DNA from: Rhynchopus sp. YZ270_cl-10
Taxonomy: Eukaryota
Assembly: GCA_964035575.1 (NCBI GenBank)
Contig: OZ037838.1
Coordinates: 930,001 to 994,000, forward strand
DNA length: 64,000 nt
Reading direction: 5' to 3'
Position numbers and translations under genes: made by a program
Part shown: positions 52,296 through 64,000 of the stretch, in pieces
Layout: every line of letters starts with the position of its first letter
Position numbering within the stretch: position 1 is the first letter of the stretch
Notes under the pieces: generated by a model
Databases searched by the model: none
Told to the model about the DNA's origin: nothing
Seen by the model: only the letters and a program-made list of their open reading frames with translations

Positions 52296-55200
52296 ATGTT
52301 CGGATGGGGCAAAGAACGTTTTGACAAGAACAAATTTAAGGCTGCTTTGAAGATGGCTGGGTCGCGGATTAAGATGCAGCAGAACAAGAAGGGGAACGGT
52401 GTGACCAACCAGCGACGCGAGATTGCCCAACTCATTTCGATTGGAAAGTACGAAAGCGCGCGGATCAAGGTGGAGCAGGTCATGCGCGACGAATACTATG
52501 GAGAGGCAATTGAAATGGTCGCGCTCTTTTGCGACCTCCTGACCTCCCGCCAAATGCTTTTCACAGAATGCACAACATGCCCACCTGACTTAAAAGAAGC
52601 CGTAAGCACCGTCGTCTGGGCCTGCCCAAGAACAGAAGGGATCACAGAATTGACAAACCTCCGTCATCAAATCTACCTTAAGCTTGGCAAAGAATTCGTG
52701 GAAACTGCGACACAAAACTCCGAGCGTGCAGTCAACCAAAAGGTGTACGAAAAACTCAGCATCATGGTCCCCGAACCCCACCGCTGCCTGGACTATATGA
52801 AAGGCATCTCTGACGAATTCGACCTTGATTGGGAAACTGTGGAGGCGGCGTTAGCATCAACAGACCTGGTACCCCCCTCGCAAGGAGCGTCTGCAGCGTT
52901 CCACCCAGGCCCGCCACCACCCCCACCAACCATGCCGTTCTGTGGTGGTGGTGGAGAACCAGCTCCGGGTCCGCCGGGACCACCAGGACCGCCAGTAGCA
53001 CCAGGTGCACCAGGGCAAGGATACCCAGCCCCAGGAGTATGTGAGGGAAGGGTATAATGAAAAAGTTTTCAAAAAAGTAAAAAAAATAGTGGAGTTCATC
53101 CTCGGGTGTCTACACTAATACAACCAAGTTTTCAAAAATAAAAAAAAATAGTCTACAAAAAATAACCTCGAAGTTGTATTTACCGACTACTTCTTGTCTA
53201 GATTCAGCATAACAATGTAAAACAAAAACATTTCTTTTCTACAGGATTACCCACCCCCACAGCAGTACCAGCAGCCCCCCTCAGCACCAGAAGGAGACGA
53301 TGACTCAGCGTTGGAGGTATGGGGGGGGAAAAATAAAAGGAAGGATTGTTTTCCTTGCAACTAAATGTAAGCCTTTTTTGTTTTCTAGCTCCAACCAACT
53401 CTGCCCACAACGCGCTTAGTGGAGTTCATCCTCGGGGTGTGTACACTCATACAACTACGTTTTTAAAATAGGCGAAGATGGTCGACGCCTTTTTCGAAAA
53501 ATAATACTCAAAATACGGATCCTATTTCTAGTTCTCTTTCAAGGGGGGTTTTCGATAGTCCCGCAGAGGAGCTAGCAGTGTGTGGTGAGGCGTTTTTTTG
53601 TGACTTGGCTCTTATTTATTGTCTTCACGCTTTATCATTGTTGGGTGGGAAATAACACATGGTCAACTGCTCTTTCTTCGCATTCCCCTTTAAAAACCCC
53701 ACGTCTACAAAACTATCAAGCAAAATTAAACAGAGCGCTAAGCATTTTCAAAACATACAAAAAATATTGGGGTAAGGACATTCTGGTACCCCCAAGTTTG
53801 ACTTTTGGACAATTCAGACCCACAAGGTTTCGATAAAGACAGTTCAAACCCACAAGGTTTACGATAAAGACACTTCAGAACCACAAGGTTTGCATTTTGG
53901 ACAGTTCAACCCCACAAGGTTTGCACTTTGGACAGTTCAGACCTTGTGGGTCTGAACTGTCCAAAATGCAAACCTTGTGGGTCTGAAGTGTCCAAAATTC
54001 AAACCTTGTGGTCTGAAGTGTCCAAAATACAAACCTTGTGGTTCTGAACTGTCCAAAAGTCAAACCTTGTACGTGTTTTCTTCTTCTAAGGTGCTTGCTC
54101 TCCATACCTAGACCCTCGAATTTTTTTTCTTGACCCCATACACATGGGTGCATTTCGACGATTTGAGGCCATTCAAAGCAAAAGTTGGCACTTTTGAGCA
54201 TCTGCGGGGGTCTAAAACACGGTTTTGCGTACACCACGCTGAATAATAGGGGTCACATGATAGGTCACATCATGTGGCCATATATCAAGTTACACCGCAA
54301 AAATCTACCAGACCCTGTCTTCGTACAACGCCGCAGACAGGCCAAACATGCGTTGGACTCAGAGGAATGCCTGCTGTGCAGGTATCAAACATGAGAACCA
54401 ACTCCCAGCAACAAGGGGCGCCTTTTGGCAGGCGTTGTTGAGGGTGTTTGGGGTGCAAAGTTTTCCACAATTTTGATGCGCGGGTACAGAAGCGTTGTCT
54501 TGTTCTTTCATCTCTAGGAAGTTAAATGTTCAATCGCGTTTAACTACCACTAGTCTAGGGCTTGTTCAGTGAACCCACGAGGGGTCGAAGGGGGTTGGTT
54601 ATCCCATATCTATCAAAGGTTGTGTCGACCAGGCGAATCCACTATGTTACGCTGTACGTTGTTAAATCCGAAGAAATAACAACAGTGCATATGGCAGCGT
54701 CCGCAAACCACCCCCCCTTAAAGGTTATTATCAACTGCAGGAAGTTTGTTAAAAAGAGTGCCTCACGCTACACAAACCACCACCCGCGATTGACTTAGAT
54801 GATAACTAGAGAATTCGCAATATTTTATTGTGCCTCGTCCTCCGCGAGCAGAGGACAGACTTTCCGGAAAGTTTCCAAAGGTCGAATTTCTTGCACTAGC
54901 CATGCTCCCTGGGTTAAATGGCAATAGCAGTGACTGACTTCTGAGAGAAACAGGGTACTTGAAACCCAATTTTCATTATTTTGGTGTAATCCTGTGAGGG
55001 ATGGGTGGGGAGGTGTGGGTGTGGGTGGGTGAAAAAAGGTGCACGAAGACAGGGTCTGGTAGATTTTTGCGGTGTAACTTGATATATGGCCACATGATGT
55101 GACCTATCATGTGACCCCTATTATTCAGCGTGGTGTACGCAAAACCGTGTTTTAGACCCCCGCAGATGCTCAAAAGTGCCAACTTTTGCTTTGAATGGCC

Positions 55201-55640
55201 TCAAATCGTCGAAATGCACCCATATGTATGGGGTCAAGAAAAAAAATTCGGGGGTCTAGGTATGGAGAGCAAGCACCTTAGAAGAAGAAAACACGTACAA
55301 GGTTTGACTTTTGGACAGTTCAGAACCACAAGGTTTGTATTTTGGACACTTCAGACCACAAGGTTTGCATTTTGGACAGTTCAGACCCACAAGGTCTGAA
55401 CTGTCCAAAGTGCAAACCTTGTGGGGTTGAACTGTCCAAAATGCAAACCTTGTGGTTCTGAAGTGTCTTTATCGTAAACCTTGTGGGTCTGAATTGTCTT
55501 TATCGAAACCTTGTGGGTCTGAATTGTCCAAAAGTCAAACTTGGGGGTACCAGAATGTCCTTACCCCAAAAATATTTTCAAACTCCCCTTTTAAAAAAAA
55601 AATTTCACAGGCACGTTTGGCCGCTCTCAAGAGGCTGTGA
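52296..55640 (+). CDS. IST1: IST1 homolog (ESCRT-III-associated regulator of Vps4); exons 52296-53036, 53245-53316, 55611-55640
   Basis: IST1 domain (RREIAQL..GKYESARIKVEQVMRDE, LKEAVSTVVWACPR, EL..LR) followed by a Pro-rich linker. The spliced C-terminus DDDSALE|ARLAALKRL* is a MIM1-type motif. Introns are GT-AG and in phase. Confidence 0.9.
53769..55567. mobile_element. Non-autonomous MULE-like element with ~550-bp TIRs, in IST1 intron 2
   Basis: GGGGTAAGGAC...GTCCTTACCCC with 9-bp TSD AAAAATATT on both sides. The TIRs contain ~28-bp subrepeats (GGACAGTTCAGACCCACAAGGTTTG). Confidence 0.9.
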
Positions 55641-56178
55641 GGCAGTGAGTGTTGTGCGATTTGATGTGCTTTAAAAAAGTAAAAGAGACAACAAAAAAAA
55701 GCTCAGTAAAATAAAAAAATGCTCCAAAGGTATTGAACCCAAGCAAACGCTGTAGTAAGTTGGGTTGTACTGCAACGTTTCCCGCAAAAAAAAAGGTAAA
55801 GTAAAGTAAGAACGAGAGAGCCATACTCGGATCTCGTTTCAACAAACAAAAACAAAAAACAAAAGCACAACGAAAAGGGGGGAAAGGCATTCCAGTGCAC
55901 ACCCCCCACCCCTCAGATTTCCCCAACTGAAACTAGCTAAAATGGAGACTTTTTTATTTATTTATTTGCAGAGAAGAAACGTGGGAGGGGGGGAGAAAAA
56001 GCAGTTGCTGTCCTGGGTGTTTTTCCATACACAACAGCAATACAATAAAAAATGAAAATAGTGCAACAGTAAAAAAAAAAAAGTTACCTTATTTGATTCG
56101 CTCACATTTCGCTTTGTTCTCTGATTCGGGTGTATTTCCCTTTGTTTTTAAGGTGACTGAGCACGTGAAACCCGTTTA

Positions 56179-56272
56179 CCGTACCGGTAACAAAAACTGA
56201 CCGTTAAAAAGGCCAAACGCCTCCAAGAATACGGAAAAGGTTGAACATTTTTACGGTCGGAAAATGTTACGG
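56179..56272. mobile_element. Degenerate TA-flanked CCGT-type MITE
   Basis: TA|CCGT...GACCGT..AAAA / TTTTACGGTC...ACGG|TA. Confidence 0.4.
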
Positions 56273-57132
56273 TACTGTGTAAATGCAAACAACAACAAAA
56301 AACCCCCCTTTTTTTTCATTTTGCAAAACAGAAGGGATATGAAGTAACTTTTTCCGACCTTCCCACCACCCCCTCTTTATCCTTCTTCCCCTTTTTGCAA
56401 AAAGGTGAAGAACGATTTTTCTTATTACTAATTTTTTTTTTGTGTTGCTTCTCTCTTTTTTTTTTACAAAAGAGGTTATTTTGCTAGCCCTCCCAAAAAA
56501 TGTTTATGTTTGTTTAGCCGTTGTGTTTCTCCCCCTCTCCCCCCCCCCCGATTCAAATGTACCCCCGCCGGAGGGGGGTACATAAGACATACCAAAGCAT
56601 ACCCGTTTACCTGATGCTACCAATTTATTTGATTGCATATGATGAACTACTTTCTTTCACCTCATTCCTCCCCCACGCAACCAAACACAGTAGTTTGGGG
56701 AGGGAGGTTTCGAGGTGAAAGGGAATGGGAGGCGGGGATTTTTTTTTTTATAACTATATTCCTCACGAAGCTCTGTTTTGAGAAATAGTTATTACCGGGT
56801 GAGGTTGCCAAATCATCGCTCAAACAGGAGGATTGTGTAATCAACGAAACAACTTTACTTACCGATCCTACTATTTTGCTTTGAATGGTCTCTGTGTGAA
56901 AGAGTTAGAAAAAAAACACAGGCATTCGTTCAAATCAGGTGGGAAGGTTACCCAGAAATACTATGCTTGAAAACGAAGAAAAATTGGATGATTCCTCTGC
57001 GACGCAACATGAGGATTTTCCAAAAAAAAGTGCCAACTGTACTAAGAAAATAAATTTTCAACAAAAAAGTATTTGCCTTGATGAATGGTTTGATGGCAAT
57101 GCATGGGAAGGGTGGTGGGGGGGGGGGGGGTA

Positions 57133-58325
57133 GGGGAGGGTCACTGCACGTTAAATCTCTCGATAAATGCGATTTTTCCGATTTTGATCCTCAGAACCGC
57201 AGAAGTCCCCGAAAACTATACCAAACCACCTAGGGGACCCAAAAAACGCACCAGCGCCCCAGTTTTGACACAGAAACACTCAGATGATGTCTGAAATGCA
57301 ATTTTTAAAAAATGCCTACAGAACTTGTACCTGCCCACCCCTGTAGATAGAGCAACTCACACATCCATCACGCCTCAGTGTGAGCCAGGGGCCAGAAAAG
57401 CCCCCAAAGCCACATATTTTCACCCCAGAACCTATCCCGAGGGGTACCCAGGCTGTTTCGGGGTGTTTAGAGGGACTTGGTGGAACTTAGAACCATGTTT
57501 CAAAAAGGGTACAAGTACTGTGCCAAGGGTTTGCCCTCTCAAGGGACCAAGTACTTGTACCCTTTTTGAAACATGGTTCTAAGTTCCACCAAGTCCCTCT
57601 AAATACCCCGAAACAGCCTGGGTACCCCTCGGGATAGGTTCTGGGGTGAAAATATGTGGCTTTGGGGGCTTTTCTGGCCCCTGGCTCACACTGAGGCGTG
57701 ATGGATGTGTGAGTTGCTCTATCTACAGGGGGGGTGGGCAGGTACAAGTTGGTGGTCACTTTTAAAAAACGCAAAAAAGTCGCTCAGAAGTGGTCAAAAG
57801 TGCCCAAAACCGGGCGGAATTCGATTTTTGGGGTCCAAATGGGCCTATGGTGTGGTTTTTTTGACCTCAGGGGGTATTTTTTGATTTATTGCCTACTTCA
57901 CGTTTTTTGACGGCTTCAGATACCTTAGGGTGGGAAAACCCTTGGCACAGTACTTGTACCCTTTTTGAAACATGGTTCTAAGTTCCACCAAGTCCCTCTA
58001 AACACCCCGAAACAGCCTGGGTACCCCTCGGGATAGGTTCTGGGGTGAAAATATGTGGCTTTGGGGGCTTTTCTGGCCCTGGCCCACACTGAGGCGTGAT
58101 GGATGTGTGATTTGCTCTATCTACGGGGGGTGGGCAGGTACAAGTTCTGTAGGCATTTTTTAAAAATTGCATTTCAGACATCATCTGAGTGTTTCTGTGT
58201 CAAAACTGGGGCGCTGGTGCGTTTTTTGGGTCCCCTAGGTGGTTTGGTATAGTTTTCGGGGACTTCTGCGGTTCTGAGGATCAAAATCGGAAAAATCGCA
58301 TTTATCGAGTACAGTGACCCTCCCC
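57133..58325. mobile_element. TIR element with ~400-bp inverted repeats, TA-flanked, in a poly-G tract
   Basis: TA|GGGGAGGGTCACTG...CAGTGACCCTCCCC|TA. Segment 57159-57532 is inverted at 57936-58310, with an extra inverted partial copy at 57549-57750 and a relic at ~26367-26413. Confidence 0.85.
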
Positions 58326-58708
58326 TAGGGGGGGGGGGGGGGGTGGAGGGAGCGGAATGCAACAAAAAAAACAAGCAATAAAAAAAGCCCAAAAAAATTT
58401 ATTTTTGTCCCACCAGCTTTTTGTCAAGCACCACCCCCGACCGTTGTCATACACTGTGAAGGTGGTGCTGTTACCGTTGATTAAAAGAGTTGTGAACAAT
58501 AATATAAACTACACCATCGTTGCATACTGTTCAACGTAAGCGATTTGCAGGACACATCCCAATGATCAGCAGATAGAGTCGCCAATTAACATTTCCCACA
58601 GCGGGGTAAGTTCCCGGAGGCAATGCCGACCGGCGTCGCTGCCCCACCCCTCCCCCAAAGCCCTTCCTCATCTCCCAACAGAGGTGGTGCAAAGAAGAAG
58701 AAGAAACA

Positions 58709-59848
58709 ATGATGGATGTGACCTTTGTGCTGGAAGAGTCAGGCGTGACTGCGACAGTGGAGGTGCCGTGCGAGGCGGACGTTGCAGCGGCAAAGGAGGT
58801 TGCGTGCACGGCGCTTGCTGTCTCGCCTGCGTCTGTCGAGATGCGCATCGGCACGCAGGTGCTGGAGGGGACGTGCCGTCTGCAGGACACTGCGTTTGAT
58901 TCAGGGGTGCAGGTTGTGCTTGCCTGTCCTCGCTTTGCCGACATCAAGTGTCCTGCTGAGTACAGTTTGTCTAAAGAAGGCGTGTCATATTGGTCGCTGT
59001 CGCGTTGTGGAACGATCTGCGCTTTTGTGAAGCGGAGTTACAGGCCTAGGACTAGGTTTGTCATCGGCTTTGACACAGAAACCTTCGACACTGTCTTCTC
59101 GTTCATAGTGGACAATGTGATGTGCGCGCCTGCCATCTCGCAGTGCAAGACACGCTGCTACCTGGCGTGTGGGTATTACTTCCTCGAGGTTGCGCTTCCA
59201 GGTGGGGAGGTGCTCCGCAAAGTCGACGGCCTCTCGCACTCAGTGTTCGCGTGTGGCAATGTTGTTGTCTCCCAAGGCAAAGACGGCGTCTCTGTGTATG
59301 ACAAAGACCTGACATTGCTCCGCTCTCTCTCGCACGAAGGGTGCTGGGATATGGCAGTGTCGGACTGTGGTGGGTGGGTGATCACCTCCTCCAGAAAGGA
59401 GAACAACGCACGTCTGTGGGATGTGAACACAGGTGAAGCTGTGGCATGTGTGCCTGTGGTATTGTATAGAGTAACGCTTTCACGGTCTGGCTCTGTCTTT
59501 GCTGTGGAGGGGGAGGGAAACACCGTGCAGCTCTATGATTGGAGTGGTGCGGCTCTTCGCAGTGTTGATGTGGATGGGGATGTTAAGGGCATGCAGTTCA
59601 CCCCGTGTGGGAAGTACCTTCTGGTTTCGGTGCGGGACGCACCTGACGATGAAGATGGCAATCCCGACCGAGAACTACGCCAGTATGATGTGGCGACCAT
59701 GTCCTGTGTGGATGAGATACCGCAAACCGCTGGTCCGACATTTGCGATATCACCATGTTCACGTGTGGTTGTGTTAACGAGTGAGAGCTTCTTCTATGAA
59801 ACAAAGAGCATTGAAACAAGCCATCTGTACCCATACAACCGTGAGTGA
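58709..59848 (+). CDS. UBL-WD40 family copy 12 (dispersed)
   Basis: Intact paralogous ORF. Confidence 0.85.
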   Translation: MMDVTFVLEESGVTATVEVPCEADVAAAKEVACTALAVSPASVEMRIGTQVLEGTCRLQDTAFDSGVQVVLACPRFADIKCPAEYSLSKEGVSYWSLSRCGTICAFVKRSYRPRTRFVIGFDTETFDTVFSFIVDNVMCAPAISQCKTRCYLACGYYFLEVALPGGEVLRKVDGLSHSVFACGNVVVSQGKDGVSVYDKDLTLLRSLSHEGCWDMAVSDCGGWVITSSRKENNARLWDVNTGEAVACVPVVLYRVTLSRSGSVFAVEGEGNTVQLYDWSGAALRSVDVDGDVKGMQFTPCGKYLLVSVRDAPDDEDGNPDRELRQYDVATMSCVDEIPQTAGPTFAISPCSRVVVLTSESFFYETKSIETSHLYPYNRE

Positions 59849-60027
59849 TATTTTATTTTCTATGAGGACAAATCCTTTGTGGTGGGAAATGATTCAGACG
59901 TGTGAGACTTTTTGTTTATTCCCCTCCCCTTCTGCAATGCCCATGCCAGACACATACCTACACACAACACTGATACACAGTCCAGTCTTTCCATTCTACC
60001 CGTGCCCATTCTGTTGCTTCAGAACAA

Positions 60028-61645
60028 ATGCACACCCTCGCTGCTGCGATGCTGAAGGTGGTACAGGTAGTGCTTTTTGCCTCGTTTGCGAATGCAAACG
60101 AGGCAAAAAGCACGCCGTGCGACTCACTGTTAACAGGGTCACGTGGGACAACACCTTTGAACGTAGATAAACTGGTGCACGAAAACTTCGTTGTGCCTAT
60201 TTGCCAAGAGTACCAGGGTGCACTGGTGCGCCACCCCGAGGTGAACGTCACGACCACGTCGCACACCGCTCTTGTTGGCGGGAATGATTCCCTCAGTCTT
60301 CCCAGTGGTGCCGACAAGCTGCGGCTGTACGCACAGATGCTTCACTCCAATGAGACAGACATTGAGCTCATGTGGCTGGACGCACCCTGGATACAGAGCA
60401 TCAAGGACTACCTTGAGCCCATCCCACTTCTGCCTGCAGAGAAGGCAGCCTTCTTCCCAAAGACTGTGCACGAGAACGATGCCGGCGACTTGGTCACAAT
60501 CCCAATCATGTCGAACTACCGTATCAACTTCTACAACCACGACCTCTTTGTGAAGTACAATCTTAACTGGCCGAAGACGTGGGACGAGCTTGAGGCTGTG
60601 TGCCAAAAGGTTACGCTGGGTGAACGTGCATTGGGACGAGACTTTTGGTGTCTCAACTGGAACCTCGACACACAAGACGCAAACCGCTTTGCGTCCTACC
60701 TTTCAATGATGGCAAGTGTTGATGGTGGTGGTGACCTGATCCTGCCTGGTGGCATTGTGAACGTGAACACCCCACAGCTGCGCAAGGCGTTGGTAACGAT
60801 GAAGCGCTGGCTCAACTCAGACGTGATGACCGCCAGTAAGGCCTCGCGTGCTGCCGCTTCTGGTCCCGTCAGCTTTACCAGGCAAAACGTCCTCATCCTG
60901 GGAGCATGGTCCCAAAAGATCGCAAAGTATCAAAGGTTTCAGCGAGTTGTGAGCTTCAAAATGAAGATTGGAGGCAGTCTTGGTGGTGAGTACGGTGTGG
61001 ACGGGAGCTGGCACCTTGCGATCAACAAGGCTATGCGCCACAAGGACCTTGGTGTCAACCTTGTGAAGGAGCTGATCCCACATCTGCACAACGTGACGAT
61101 GAACATCCCGAACTACGTGCCTGCCTGGTCCGGCGTGCTGGACGACCCTGTGCGCAAGGCTGCGTGGTGTGCGCAGGTGCCGATGTACTGCAGGTCGTAC
61201 GAGACCCACACAGACTACCACACGAAGCTGTCGTACCGTCCCTCGAAGGGATGTGGTGCGCTGTACAGCGAGTGTGTGCAGCTCATTGCACAGCACCTGA
61301 TGAGCGGCTATGTGCACGGCGGCACGGACCTGGAGACTGCAGTGACAGACCTGCAGACGGGGCTTGCAAAGCTGCTTGGTGGTGAGGACACCGCAGCATC
61401 GGAGAAGGCTGAATGGATCAGGATTGCGCTGATTGTTGTTGCCTCTGTGAGTGCTGTGCTGCTGGTGCTGATTGCAGTGTAAGCTGCGCAAGGTTGGCTT
61501 CAAGATACCGGCAGCCATGCTTGGGTTTGTGACGGCTGCGTCACTTGTGGTGGTGACGGCAGTGGTGCTGACACAGATGGACGCCTCTGCACGCAGCATC
61601 TCGAAAGACCTGGCCCTGCGCCTGCGTGTCGCGTCCAAACAAGCC
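60028..61645 (+). pseudogene. Extracellular solute-binding-protein (ABC sugar-binding-like) membrane receptor, frameshifted and truncated
   Basis: Signal peptide, then DIELMWLDAPW, FYNHDLFVKY..PKTWDEL and GSWHLAINK motifs typical of family-1 SBPs, then a TM helix. Frameshift at ~61475, a second TM, and coding ends abruptly at ~61643. Confidence 0.7.
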
Positions 61646-61679
61646 TGTGAGGGAATTCATTTTCAGACATTTTGAGATA

Positions 61680-62009
61680 CCGTAAAAATATTTATTCTGG
61701 GCCGGAACAAAACTGGAACACCCCAAAAAATCGTCGATTGTTCCAGTTTTGTTCCGTATCAGCATTGTTTTGGGGGGGTATCCGTGCCTTGTCAAAAAAA
61801 ACGAGGAGTGCGACGAATTTTTTTTGCCCAAAGATGCACTATGCACCTGGGTGGGGTGGGAATGGGGATAAAAATTCTACCCCAACAGAACTGTTCTGGG
61901 CCGGAACAAAACTGGGACACCCCCAAAAACCCCAAGTGTTCCAGTTTTGTTCCGGTCCAGTATACTTCTGTCTCAGAATAGTTACAGCCCAGAATAAATA
62001 TTGTTACGG
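61680..62009. mobile_element. MITE, same family as 1626-2002 (opposite orientation)
   Basis: TA|CCGTAAAA...TTACGG|TA; reverse complement of 1626-2002. Confidence 0.8.
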
Positions 62010-62980
62010 TACCCTTTGTTCAAACCTTTGATAAAAAAACAACTTGTTGTCAATACTAAAAAGATTGGAGGCAGCGCTGCGGGCAAACAAAACGGATTGA
62101 AAAAGACAGAAGCTTGTTTGTTTCTTTGAGTACTCAATTAACCACAACAACCATACTTCAGTTTAACACATTTTTTTTTTTTTTTTTTGGGTGACTAAGG
62201 ACGAGAGGCTTAGGATCATCTTATAAACTTCCCCCCCTTTTTTTTTCTTAAGTAAGAGAAAACCGAATGGAGTGGGAACGTTAGTGAGAGCGCAGCGGAA
62301 ACGATAGTGGGAACGCAACGAGCTTTTTTCATAATGTTTTATTCTTCCCCACAAAATATGACGCGCAGAGAAACACTCGTTTTTTTCACACCCCCGGTAT
62401 CACGTATGATACTGTCTTTCCATGGATACACCTGGAAAGGAGTTCCGTGCTATTCACAGAACTCGATAGGCGATTGAGCGTATCTAACAACAACCAAAAC
62501 AAAAGAAAGTACAAAGAAGAGAATAAAAAATGCAGGAAAAATAGACAAAGAGAAAAACAAAGAGATTTGACAAAGGAACAATAAACAACAGATGGAAACC
62601 ACGAAATGGACGTAGGACTGTATGGTTGGGTGTCCCCCCGTTCAGCCGGTCATTGTACCAAGGTACACTGTCACGAGAGGGCTTTATATTTCAAGTCAAC
62701 TTTCATTTGGAGCCCACATATGAGGCGCTTCAGGTCTGTTCGCGTTGTTCTGCTTTATTATTACTGTGCAATAAGCACAGTCTTTGCTGTGGCAGACTGT
62801 TCGAAAGATCAACGTGTATCCATGGCATGCTTGGAAGCATGTCATTAAATGTGTGCACACTGTGTTGTGGTGTCTGGTGTCTATTCTAAGAATGTGCGTA
62901 CGTCCACACAGCATCCATGCAAAACAAAACAACCCACACCTCATCTCCCCACAGGGGTAGAGCAAAAAGTAAACAAAACA

Positions 62981-64000
62981 ATGATGGATGTGACCTTTGT
63001 GCTGGAAGAGTCAGGCGTGACTGCGACAGTGGAGGTGCCGTGCGAGGCGGACGTTGCAGCGGCAAAGGAGGTTGCGTGCACGGCGCTTGCTGTCTCGCCT
63101 GCGTCTGTCGAGATGCGCATCGGCACGCAGGTGCTGGAGGGGACGTGTCGTCTGCAGGACACTGCGTTTCGTGCAGGGATGCAGGTTGTGCTTGCCTGTC
63201 CTCGCTTTGCCGACATCAAGTGTCCTGCTGAGCACAGTGAGATTACACAATCCTTCTCGCTGTCGCGTTGTGGAACGATCTGCGCTTTTGTGGACTGGAC
63301 TGGGCATGTTGGCGGCTTCGACACAGAAACCTTCGACACTGTCTTCTCATTCAAAGTGGATGCTAATGTGATGTGCGCGCCTGCCATCTCACGGTGCAAG
63401 ACACACTGCTACCTGGCGTGCGGGAATCACTTACGCAAGGTTGCGCTTCCGGGTGGGGAGGTGCTCCGCAAAGTCGACCCCTCCTCCGCAGTGTCCTCCT
63501 GTGGCAATGTTGTCGTCTCCGGGAGCATAGACGGCGTCTCTGTGTATGACGAAGACCTGACGTTGCTCCGCTCTCTCTCGCACGAAGGGTGTAAGACTGT
63601 GGCAGTATCGGACTGTGGTGGGTGGGTGATCACCTCCTCCGAAGGGGAAGAGGCACGTCTGTGGGATGTGAACACAGGAGTTGCTGTGGCATGTGTGCCG
63701 GTGGGGTGGTGGTGTGCAGTGGCGCTTTCACGGTCTGCCTCCGTCTTTGCTGCGGTGGGGGAGGACGACACCATGCGCCTCTATGATTGGAGTGGTGCGG
63801 CTCTTCGCAGTGTTGATGTGGATGGGGAAGTCGAGCGCATTCAGTTCACACCATGTGGGAAGTACCTTGTGGTCAAGGTGGCTGTTACCAGAGATGACGA
63901 CGAAGGTAACACACTTCACCACACACAACTGCACCAGTATGATGTGGCGACCATGTCCCGTGTACATGTGATCCCGCAAGCCAGCGGTGGGTCCTTTGCG
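62981..64000 (+). CDS. UBL-WD40 family copy 13 (runs off window end)
   Basis: ATGATGGATGTG at 62981, open frame through blade 6 to the window edge. Confidence 0.85.
   Translation, partial: MMDVTFVLEESGVTATVEVPCEADVAAAKEVACTALAVSPASVEMRIGTQVLEGTCRLQDTAFRAGMQVVLACPRFADIKCPAEHSEITQSFSLSRCGTICAFVDWTGHVGGFDTETFDTVFSFKVDANVMCAPAISRCKTHCYLACGNHLRKVALPGGEVLRKVDPSSAVSSCGNVVVSGSIDGVSVYDEDLTLLRSLSHEGCKTVAVSDCGGWVITSSEGEEARLWDVNTGVAVACVPVGWWCAVALSRSASVFAAVGEDDTMRLYDWSGAALRSVDVDGEVERIQFTPCGKYLVVKVAVTRDDDEGNTLHHTQLHQYDVATMSRVHVIPQASGGSFA

Noticed and set aside
53790..54070. CRISPR-like ~28-bp repeats
   Set aside because: No unique spacers. They are subrepeats of the MULE TIR mirrored at ~55290-55545, and there are no cas genes.

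Overview
Eukaryotic, intron-containing genomic DNA. A euglenozoan or diplonemid-like protist is inferred from co-oriented genes, upstream polypyrimidine tracts and the form of an LSU rRNA fragment. The dominant feature is a family of intronless genes encoding an N-terminal ubiquitin-like (beta-grasp) domain fused to a 7-bladed WD40-type beta-propeller. Ten copies lie in tandem at 79-19281, two more at 58709 and 62981, and a captured fragment sits at 40763-41226. The UBL part is almost identical at nucleotide level. The propeller alternates short near-invariant anchors with about 14 hypervariable loops that map to the ligand-binding face. These loops appear diversified by segment swapping between paralogs, micro-duplications and a 25-nt in-place inversion, which makes the family a candidate immune-like or substrate-recognition repertoire. 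One copy is interrupted by a 3.1-kb foldback transposon that could be spliced out in frame (introner-like). Single-copy genes include a G8/beta-helix surface protein, a multi-exon putative mitochondrial protein, a Cys-rich/TM/ankyrin receptor-like protein, a secreted Cys-rich protein, a long coiled-coil protein, IST1 (3 exons) and a truncated solute-binding-protein receptor. Many DNA transposons are present: a DD37E Tc1/mariner, a MULE, a Zator-like remnant, a pack-type TIR element and several MITEs.
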